IMG/VR virus record: IMGVR_UViG_3300002835_000070
Span: 38,229-102,228 of that record
Source: a virus
Length of the DNA stretch: 64,000 nt
Direction: 5' to 3' (one strand)
In this document: in pieces, positions 56,543 through 64,000 of the stretch
Numbering within the stretch: position 1 is the stretch's first letter
Layout: each line of letters opens with the position of its first letter
Position numbers and translations under genes: made by a program
The notes under the pieces: generated by a model
What the model was told of the DNA's origin: nothing
What the model saw: the letters and a program-made list of their open reading frames with translations, nothing else
Databases searched by the model: none

Positions 56543-57418
56543 ATGTTACAAAATTTAATATTTCAGGTGGATGGGGGTTTAGGTAAGTCTATTATGGCTA
56601 CCGCAGTATTAAAAGCAATTAGAAAACAATATAAAAAGGCAAACATAATTGTCGTTACAGGTTATCCTGATGTTTTCATAGCGAATCCGAATGTAAATAA
56701 AGTTTTAAGGCACGACCAATTAAGCGGTATTTACGAGAAAAATATTATGAATAAAGACTGCAAAGTATTTGTTTCAGACCCTTATCATACGTCTGACTTC
56801 ATTACCGAAAGCAAACACTTAATTCAAATTTGGTGCGAAATGTATGGAGTGGAGTATAATGGCGAAATGCCTGAATTATTTTTGCTTAAAGCGGAAAAAG
56901 AGTACTTCGAGCCTTTTTATAGATTGGATAAGCCAATTTTAGCAATTCAAACTAACGGTGGTGCGGTTAACCAACCTTTAAAGTATTCTTGGACAAGGGA
57001 TATTCCTGCTCCAATTGTAGAGCAAGTTATTGAACGATACAAAAACGATTATGCTATTTTGCATATTAAAAGAGAAGACCAAATATCATTTCCAAATACG
57101 TTACAAGCACTCGATAATTTTAGAAGTATTGCAGTGGCACTAACACTTTCTCAAAAAAGATTATTGATTGATAGTAGCGCATTGCATATAGCTACTTCAC
57201 TTAATTTGCCGTCAGTAGTTGCTTGGGTAGGAACAAATCCTAAAGTTTTTGGATATGAGATGCACAATAACATTGTAGCCAACACTCCGACAAGACAAGT
57301 TGATTTAGACCACCCTAATTATCAGAAATATCTTTTGTTTCAGGACATTAGCACAATCCCTTACAACGACTTAAATGAAGTGCTTGATGTTAAAAACATA
57401 ATAACCGCTTTGGCATAA
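56543..57418 (+). CDS. GT9-like (heptosyltransferase-fold) glycosyltransferase
   Basis: GGLGKSIMAT...NPNV...IDSSALHIA....PSVVAW. Confidence 0.75.
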   Translation: MLQNLIFQVDGGLGKSIMATAVLKAIRKQYKKANIIVVTGYPDVFIANPNVNKVLRHDQLSGIYEKNIMNKDCKVFVSDPYHTSDFITESKHLIQIWCEMYGVEYNGEMPELFLLKAEKEYFEPFYRLDKPILAIQTNGGAVNQPLKYSWTRDIPAPIVEQVIERYKNDYAILHIKREDQISFPNTLQALDNFRSIAVALTLSQKRLLIDSSALHIATSLNLPSVVAWVGTNPKVFGYEMHNNIVANTPTRQVDLDHPNYQKYLLFQDISTIPYNDLNEVLDVKNIITALA

Positions 57419-57524
57419 TTAATAAGTTATTGATTATTAATTTAATGATAAACATAGCTAAAAAATATTATTTGAAATAATTTTTTTGTACTATTGCTAT
57501 ATTTATTAAAAATTTCGTTGTAAA

Positions 57525-58007
57525 ATGGCAGAATTTGAATTAGCAGAAAAACAACAAATACTCTTTGAACTCGATGGCTCTAATTTTATAGAGCAAGTTG
57601 AGCGCATAGAGAATTTGTTGATTAATAGCGGTTCTTCGGATGTTTATGTAGGTAATACTGAAGAATTGCCTTTAACTCATTCGTTTTCAGATGGCATTTA
57701 TACAAGGGAGATTTTTATAAAAAAAGGATTGTTTGCGATAGGTAAAATTCATAAATCTGACCACACATTTTTCTTAATGAAAGGTAAGTTATTGTTGTGT
57801 ACCGAAGATGGAGTAAAAGAAATAGAAGCACCGTATTACGGAAATGCAAGTGCAGGAACTAAAAGAGTTGCTATTGCTTTGGAGGACACAGTTTTTGTAA
57901 ACGTACACCCAAATCCAAACAATATAAAAGAAATAGAGAAATTAGAAGATATTTTTGTTGTGTCTTCTTATGAGGAATATAAAAATTATAAACTTTTAAA
58001 TAAGTAA
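57525..58007 (+). CDS. Cupin-fold protein
   Basis: HSFSDGIYTRE...GKIHKSDH...GTKR...VH. Confidence 0.65.
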   Translation: MAEFELAEKQQILFELDGSNFIEQVERIENLLINSGSSDVYVGNTEELPLTHSFSDGIYTREIFIKKGLFAIGKIHKSDHTFFLMKGKLLLCTEDGVKEIEAPYYGNASAGTKRVAIALEDTVFVNVHPNPNNIKEIEKLEDIFVVSSYEEYKNYKLLNK

Positions 58008-58009
58008 CT

Positions 58010-58363
58010 ATGGCGTATATAGCAGTAGCGGGAATAGCAGTTTCAATTGGAACAAGCCTTTTAGGGGCAGAGGCATCAAAAAAAGAAGCGAAAAAACAAC
58101 GTGATTTGATGTTTAATCTTAAGATGGCTGAAATCGCTTCTAATGAAGCGATAAAATACGAAGAAATAAAAACTATTGCCGAAACTGAACGTATAAGAAT
58201 ACTTACAGATTCTTTAGGAAAATATCGAGAAGCCTTACAAAAAGAAAGTACAATACGTTTGCGTGATACTTGGATTTATATTGCGGGTCTTGGTTGCGGA
58301 ACAAGTGCAATCTATGCTGTTTCATTAATGTTTTCTAAATCAAAATCAAATGGAAACGCATAG
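58010..58363 (+). CDS. Membrane protein (hydrophobic ends, coiled coil)
   Basis: Architecture like 23159. Confidence 0.7.
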   Translation: MAYIAVAGIAVSIGTSLLGAEASKKEAKKQRDLMFNLKMAEIASNEAIKYEEIKTIAETERIRILTDSLGKYREALQKESTIRLRDTWIYIAGLGCGTSAIYAVSLMFSKSKSNGNA

Positions 58364-58712
58364 TAGTTTTTTAAATGCAGGTGGTGCAGGATGGACTGAA
58401 TTAGTTGGAGTTGCCGTTGAATTTGGTGTTGGTTATTTAACTGCCAAAAATTTAAACGAAGAAAATAAAAAGTTACTTCAGCAAATGGCTGAACTCGATG
58501 CTCAATCAGCAGAAAATCTAAAGAAAGCGTTAAATGCTTCTTTAACCGAAGTTGCAAAAACACAGGTTATATATGAGTTTCTTAATGATAAAAAAATTAA
58601 AGAATTAGAAGAAGACACAAAAAGAAAAAGAATTTTACCTTTAATCGGATTAGGAGTTGGAGTAGTTGTACTTGCTTTAATCTTTTATAAATTACACAGA
58701 CAAAATGGATAG
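58350..58712 (+). CDS. Membrane protein starting METHSSFLNAGG
   Basis: Motif at the N-terminus; TM tail. Confidence 0.75.
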   Translation: METHSSFLNAGGAGWTELVGVAVEFGVGYLTAKNLNEENKKLLQQMAELDAQSAENLKKALNASLTEVAKTQVIYEFLNDKKIKELEEDTKRKRILPLIGLGVGVVVLALIFYKLHRQNG

Positions 58713-59055
58713 AGAAACGAAAACGTTATTGGCGACAATTGGAATTGCTTTAGTTATTCTTTGGGTTTTTAAACCAAAGAAAGGCAGTAGCGATTCTAAA
58801 ACAGATGAGGTTTTGGTAGATAAATACCAAGCACCTAAAATAGTTGCGGAAGACGAAAAGAAATTAAAAGATGAAGCAGTTGTCGGATTACAGGCAATGC
58901 GTGAGGCTATAAATAATGGCGAATCTGCAAGAGAGTTAGATAAGTTGAAAAATATGATTTTTCAGGAAAACGGCATTAAGATTATGATTAGTAAAAAAAC
59001 AAAGAAGTTAAGAGCAATGGCTAAAGACGGAAGTGTTATCGGAGAAGAAGAATAA
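58705..59055 (+). CDS. N-anchored protein
   Basis: N-terminal TM. Confidence 0.75.
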   Translation: MDRETKTLLATIGIALVILWVFKPKKGSSDSKTDEVLVDKYQAPKIVAEDEKKLKDEAVVGLQAMREAINNGESARELDKLKNMIFQENGIKIMISKKTKKLRAMAKDGSVIGEEE

Positions 59056-59057
59056 TT

Positions 59058-59522
59058 ATGGCAGGAATCTACACACCTACAACTACGTTTTACCCAAATG
59101 GAGTATATCAAATATCGAGTAACGATGGTACTCCTTATTTTCAAATACAAAATTCAATGGGTAGCTTTCTGTATGGTGTAGATGAGATTTATCTACAAGC
59201 AAATTCAGCAGAACAATTATTGCAAGGTTTGAGTTTTAGAAGTTATGACGTTAATGGGGATGTAAGTAATTTTATAAACACAACAACCGTTGACCCTTAT
59301 CAATATCAAAATTCTATATTTATAAAACCAATCCGAAACGATATTGTTCTTGACGGACGTACAAGCATAAATTTCAATTTATTACCAAGTGAAACTATCA
59401 ATTTTGTGTTTTATGTAACCGAACATTTTAACGGAATGTTCTTGCCTAAAACCAAATTTTTAGACGATTATTTTTTCAAACAACAATACGACTTTTTTAA
59501 TGGCTTTGTCGAACAAGTTTAA
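59058..59522 (+). CDS. Paralogue of the candidate capsid protein (minor capsid/vertex protein)
   Basis: Collinear match to 21005, including D.NG and (V/I)DPYQ.Q...DG.T.I. Confidence 0.7.
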   Translation: MAGIYTPTTTFYPNGVYQISSNDGTPYFQIQNSMGSFLYGVDEIYLQANSAEQLLQGLSFRSYDVNGDVSNFINTTTVDPYQYQNSIFIKPIRNDIVLDGRTSINFNLLPSETINFVFYVTEHFNGMFLPKTKFLDDYFFKQQYDFFNGFVEQV

Positions 59523-59979
59523 TACAGTAGGTCTTAACAAATTAAAAATTCAAAATAGAAACCACATTGTTTCAAAATTAAAGACGGGAGATACGATAAC
59601 AACAAAATCTAAACTCATTCCTCTTTATGTACATCACGGAATAATTGAGCGAAATGGGGATGAAATCTTTATTGTTCATTTACATCCTGATAAGGTAAAT
59701 TCAAGTGGCGGAAATTTGATTAAAGAACCTTTATCTAAATGGTTAATAGGCGGTAGAGAAATTGTTTCTGTTCAGCAAACTGATTTAGACTCCGCAACTC
59801 TCGACCAACTTTATAAAGATTTGAAAGCAGAAAAATATGACCACATCAATTATAATTGTGAGCATTTTGTAAATTTCGCCAAAGGGGATTATTTTGTTAG
59901 CGGTCAAGTAGTAAAATATACAGGAATACTAATGATAGGTGTTTTTGTGTATTATTTAATAAGAAATAAAAAAATATAG
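59500..59979 (+). CDS. LRAT/H-NC (permuted NlpC/P60) acyltransferase/phospholipase or peptidase with C-terminal TM
   Basis: GD....VHHGI...VH...Y....NCEHFVN. Confidence 0.8.
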   Translation: MALSNKFNTVGLNKLKIQNRNHIVSKLKTGDTITTKSKLIPLYVHHGIIERNGDEIFIVHLHPDKVNSSGGNLIKEPLSKWLIGGREIVSVQQTDLDSATLDQLYKDLKAEKYDHINYNCEHFVNFAKGDYFVSGQVVKYTGILMIGVFVYYLIRNKKI

Positions 59980-59980
59980 T

Positions 59981-61207
59981 ATGGGCTTACCAATTAACGA
60001 TACTTTAAATGTTAGAGTTATAAATAACACTAATTTGCCACAAAGGGTAAATATATTGGGCGGTAGCCAAGACCCTTTAAGTGTGCCTCCAAATAAAATC
60101 TATGAATGGGATTTATCGGGAGAAACATTTTTCGGCAGTGTAAGTGCTAAAATTGTTATTTCAAACACATCAAGCCCTACACCTGTAACTTATACTGTTC
60201 AAGTAACACAATACAATATACAAGGAGTTGTTTCTGCGTTAAACACGCTAAAAAAAGGTTTTTTCCAATTAAGCGGAACTATAATTTACGTTTCTAATGA
60301 CTATTACATATATGGTGCTTTATCGGTGTCAGGAACTACAATTTTAGGAACTACAAGTAATAATCCTGTTGGGATTGTATATGACAGTATTGGCAATGTA
60401 TATGTTGCAAATGGTTCGGATGCGTCTGTTACTAAAATTACGCCAAGTGGGGTTTCAAGCGTTTTTTGTACATTTCCATTATTAGATTATGCTCAATCTA
60501 TCACGATTGATAGTAGTGACAACCTATATGTTGCGACTCTTACAACTTGGAACTTATTTCAAATTGACCCATTAGGTAATATTATTAATATATTTAGTTC
60601 TGCCCCACAACCTGCTCAAAATGCAATTACAATTGACAATTTAGGAAATATTTATAATGTCGGAAATACAAACAATGTTTATAAAAACGACCCTTTATTT
60701 GGAACGACTGCTTACGGGAATTTACCAATAGGTCTTGGTGGCTTTACATCTTTAGTTGTCGATTCTGTTGGAAATGTTTTTGTTGCTTGTCCTAATGCCA
60801 ATCAAGTTGCTAAAGTAACACCATCAGGAGTTACAACTGTTTTTACAATTTTTAATTTACCCCCAACTCAACCTTATGGACTTGCAATAGATAGTTCAGA
60901 TAATATTTATGTTTCAAATCCTACATTAGAAAGTGTTTATAAAGTAACGCCATTGGGTATAAGAACGCTTTATGGAAGTACAGGGGCAGGAAATAACCCT
61001 AACTACATAGCTATTGATAGTTTGGAAAATATTTACACAGTAAATACGAATGGAACTATAAGTAAAATATTAGTAGGTGGCGGAACTACATTATTAGCAG
61101 ATTTAAGTGTGTACGGTGGTACGCCATTCGCAATAACAGTAGATAGTTCGTTTAATGTTTATGTAACAGATACTACAAACAATGTCGTTTACCTGATAGT
61201 ACAATAA
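59981..61207 (+). CDS. NHL-like beta-propeller protein (candidate receptor-binding spike)
   Basis: About seven P.GI..DS.GNVYV repeats after an N-terminal beta domain. Confidence 0.8.
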   Translation: MGLPINDTLNVRVINNTNLPQRVNILGGSQDPLSVPPNKIYEWDLSGETFFGSVSAKIVISNTSSPTPVTYTVQVTQYNIQGVVSALNTLKKGFFQLSGTIIYVSNDYYIYGALSVSGTTILGTTSNNPVGIVYDSIGNVYVANGSDASVTKITPSGVSSVFCTFPLLDYAQSITIDSSDNLYVATLTTWNLFQIDPLGNIINIFSSAPQPAQNAITIDNLGNIYNVGNTNNVYKNDPLFGTTAYGNLPIGLGGFTSLVVDSVGNVFVACPNANQVAKVTPSGVTTVFTIFNLPPTQPYGLAIDSSDNIYVSNPTLESVYKVTPLGIRTLYGSTGAGNNPNYIAIDSLENIYTVNTNGTISKILVGGGTTLLADLSVYGGTPFAITVDSSFNVYVTDTTNNVVYLIVQ

Positions 61208-61210
61208 AAG

Positions 61211-61244
61211 AAAAAACCCCAAACGTTTTCACGGGAGGGGTTTT
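61211..61244. terminator. Possible terminator between convergent blocks
   Basis: AAAACCCC...GGGGTTTT. Confidence 0.5.
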
Positions 61245-61355
61245 AACTTTTTGATAACTATATTTAAAAAAACACAATCTAAAAAATTCCAATTAGAAAT
61301 TATAAAAAACCTTTTTGGAATTGGGTTTAAAAAATAAGTATATTGTCCTTTACTG

Positions 61356-62234
61356 TCATTCATTATCGCTTACAGAAGTAACTTTGATGTCAGAGTTCAA
61401 ATTTAATTCATTATTTTCACTTGACAATGGATTTTCTTGAAAATTTGTTAAGTTTTGATAAATACTGTTTCTTTTCTTACCTATAATCGTGCCTTGAACT
61501 ACTCTAACGGTATCATTTTCGTCCATTACTAAATAACCCCCGCCCTCTACATTGTCGTCAAAAGAAACGGCTTTTAGCAACCTATCGTCTTCTTTTGGCA
61601 TAAGTTTCGACATTTGCTTTAGAACTACTTTTTTAAGCATCCATTTTTCAGGGTCTTTTTTGTCATTGAAGTAATAGTCGTTTGGCGTTTCAAGCATATC
61701 CACGATTGTTTTTATTTCCTCAAGGCTCATAACCTTGAAAACAATATCGTCTTCTATTTTGGCGCAGGTATAGATACATTTGATATTATCACAAGTCTTT
61801 ACCGAATTGAAGTTAGGTATGTGAACCATTTTTGGCTCTAAACCAAGTTCGTACTCAAAATCATCTTCGTTGTAAACAACTTCAGCCCAAATCTTTTTAA
61901 CCTTGTTAGAACGAAGCAAAAGCGCAACCAAACCTTTGTAACCTAAAATTGGTTTTACGCTCTCTTTTGATACGGTAAAGAAGAACTCGCCCACTAAACT
62001 TGACGGGGATAGATTTAATTCGGCACAATATAGTGCAGAGGCAAAGAATGAGTTGGGATTTTTTAAGAACACTTCCTGTAACTTTGGGGAACGTTCTAAT
62101 TCATTCACTAACATTTGTTTGAACTTTTGTGGGGAAGTGTTTGTTCCCGATAGCAGGTCTGTTAGATTTTTCTTTTCGTACTTCTCGATTGAAGTATTGA
62201 AATTTGTAAGTACTCTTGTGCTTAATGTCGTCAT
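61356..62234 (-). CDS. recT: RecT-family ssDNA annealing protein
   Basis: AELNLSP...ILGYKGLVAL..RS...AEVVY..DDF...M.KK.V. Confidence 0.85.
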   Translation of the reverse strand: MTTLSTRVLTNFNTSIEKYEKKNLTDLLSGTNTSPQKFKQMLVNELERSPKLQEVFLKNPNSFFASALYCAELNLSPSSLVGEFFFTVSKESVKPILGYKGLVALLLRSNKVKKIWAEVVYNEDDFEYELGLEPKMVHIPNFNSVKTCDNIKCIYTCAKIEDDIVFKVMSLEEIKTIVDMLETPNDYYFNDKKDPEKWMLKKVVLKQMSKLMPKEDDRLLKAVSFDDNVEGGGYLVMDENDTVRVVQGTIIGKKRNSIYQNLTNFQENPLSSENNELNLNSDIKVTSVSDNE

Positions 62235-62491
62235 TATTGTTCTTCTTTAATTTTATTGTACTCTTGAAGTTTGTTCTCTAAAAAATCTATTTCTATACTC
62301 ATTCTTTGCGTTTCGTTAATTATTCTTTGAAAATCAAGAAAAATCATTTTTCCTTTAACGCTTTCTGAATAGGCAAACTTAACAAGGTTTCTCTTGTTTT
62401 TTCTAATAGAAGTAAGTTCTTTGGCTATAAAATTAATAATCAAACCAACTTCTTGGTCAAAAAGACCGTTTGTATATTCAAACTCGTACAT
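62234..62491 (-). CDS. Hypothetical protein
   Basis: Coupled ORF. Confidence 0.65.
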   Translation of the reverse strand: MYEFEYTNGLFDQEVGLIINFIAKELTSIRKNKRNLVKFAYSESVKGKMIFLDFQRIINETQRMSIEIDFLENKLQEYNKIKEEQ

Positions 62492-62494
62492 AGT

Positions 62495-62938
62495 TTATCT
62501 CTTATACATTTTATCAGCAATGTGATTCAAATATTCTTGTTCTATTGGGTCGCTTAAATCATTTTTGCTTATGATAGCACCGTAGGAATTACAAACCAAA
62601 AATCCTTTTTCAGTCCTTATAATCCTGACATACTTCAAGTTCCAATTTGTAACGTTTTTGTTTTTGCTTTTGAGAGATAGGCATCTCCAATCTCCGTCCC
62701 CACCACTCTCTCTCCAAAACCTTTCAATCAAATCTTTAACTTCCTGTTCGGTATGGTAGAACTTGGTTATAGGGTATTTGTCAATTTTAGTTGTGTCTAA
62801 TTTTGTAATTAGCCTATCGTGTTCTTCCATTTCGGCTTTAGTCTGAACCGCACAATAGAAATCACGGGTGTCAATGTTATACCTCGCAATATTTTCATCT
62901 GAAAAATCTACGTCCTCGTAATATTTCCAATTACTCAT
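62495..62938 (-). CDS. Hypothetical protein
   Basis: Coupled ORF. Confidence 0.7.
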   Translation of the reverse strand: MSNWKYYEDVDFSDENIARYNIDTRDFYCAVQTKAEMEEHDRLITKLDTTKIDKYPITKFYHTEQEVKDLIERFWRESGGDGDWRCLSLKSKNKNVTNWNLKYVRIIRTEKGFLVCNSYGAIISKNDLSDPIEQEYLNHIADKMYKR

Positions 62939-63158
62939 TTTCAGATATTTTAATGTTGTAATTAACCAATATCAATTTAGCCAAACGAATAGCATCTTTT
63001 TTCTCCATTTCAGATTGCATTAAAATAGATTTTTTCTTGGTATCCATAAAATTGATTATCATTGCTTTCTCGTTTAAAGCAAAGCATATTTCGTCATTTT
63101 CTTTTTTAGGAAGAATATCAAATTCAGTAACATCACACTCAAATAGTATTGTACTCAT
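62931..63158 (-). CDS. Hypothetical protein
   Basis: Coupled ORF. Confidence 0.65.
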   Translation of the reverse strand: MSTILFECDVTEFDILPKKENDEICFALNEKAMIINFMDTKKKSILMQSEMEKKDAIRLAKLILVNYNIKISENE

Positions 63159-63160
63159 AA

Positions 63161-63448
63161 TTATTGTTTTTTTAAATTTTCTAATAGCATTTCGGGAGTA
63201 ATTTCTTTTGAAGTCATCTCGGTTACATACCCCATTTCAACAACTCCGTATTCAACTGCTTTTAATTTTGTTTGTATTGCTATTATTTCCTCACAAGTGA
63301 GGCAAGTGTAGCCTGAATTAAAACCTCCCTCGTAAATCCCCGCCCAATAAACCATAATGCTATTTTCTTGTACTTTGCGAAGACAACTAAAGCACGAATG
63401 AGGTTTTTTGGTCTTAATTTTTTTATATTTTAAAGAAGTATAAGACAT
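63161..63448 (-). CDS. Small CxxC...CxxC zinc-binding protein
   Basis: HSCFSC...TCLTC. Confidence 0.7.
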   Translation of the reverse strand: MSYTSLKYKKIKTKKPHSCFSCLRKVQENSIMVYWAGIYEGGFNSGYTCLTCEEIIAIQTKLKAVEYGVVEMGYVTEMTSKEITPEMLLENLKKQ

Positions 63449-63452
63449 AATT

Positions 63453-63746
63453 TTAAAGTTCTATAAATTCAACATTCAGCATTTGGCATAAATCATCAAA
63501 AGCATCTAATTCACGCTCTCCGTTTTCTTTGTGCCAAGATGAAATATCGCCATAGCTAATACCTCTTGCTCCAAAAGATATATCGAATGAACCTCTCCTG
63601 CGAACTCTGCAAATATCTCTAAAAACTCTTTCGTCATTATCTTTATAAGAAAAATCTATAAAGCAAGGGATTTCGTGACCTGTTGATATTAAATCGAAAA
63701 GTTCAGTATAGTTTCTCGACATTTTGTAAGGGGTAGTAAAACTCAT
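63453..63746 (-). CDS. Hypothetical protein
   Basis: Coupled ORF. Confidence 0.65.
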   Translation of the reverse strand: MSFTTPYKMSRNYTELFDLISTGHEIPCFIDFSYKDNDERVFRDICRVRRRGSFDISFGARGISYGDISSWHKENGERELDAFDDLCQMLNVEFIEL

Positions 63747-63748
63747 AA

Positions 63749-64000
<252 letters not shown>

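Noticed and set aside
310-62250. Numerous short antisense or nested ORFs from the track (e.g. 4182-4526, 7665-8048, 30156-30437, 39522-39743)
   Set aside because: They overlap well-supported genes and mirror their low-complexity composition.

Overview
AT-rich viral DNA, most likely from a large Bacteroidota (Flavobacterium-like) virus. The host call rests on TAnnTTTG -7 promoter boxes, A-rich leaders without Shine-Dalgarno sites, and a captured SusC-type N-terminal domain. Positions 1-61.2 kb form a dense + strand morphogenesis/late region; a convergent - strand block (RecT, small ORFs, a DEDDh exonuclease) follows. I can recognise no terminase, portal, HK97 capsid, tail tube/sheath or tape-measure gene in this window. 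Instead it holds an A32/FtsK-HerA-type packaging ATPase (17451), a 231-aa beta-rich candidate major capsid protein with its own promoter and terminator (21005) plus a paralogue (59058), roughly 60 single-pass membrane proteins, and lipid-acting enzymes (PAP2, LRAT-like). It also holds four giant Gly/Cys-rich fibre proteins and a PAPS-synthesis/sulfotransferase/glycosyltransferase cluster. The inferred picture is a large tailless, membrane-containing virus of the PRD1/Varidnaviria architectural type. The most striking unexplained pattern is a recurrent aromatic..A-x-G(G) motif. It separates domains in two giant polyvalent proteins, ends the acidic leader of the capsid candidate, and sits between membrane anchors and their cargo domains, which suggests a virus-wide proteolytic maturation (or sorting) code. 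Family assignments come from motif recognition by eye; no searches were run.
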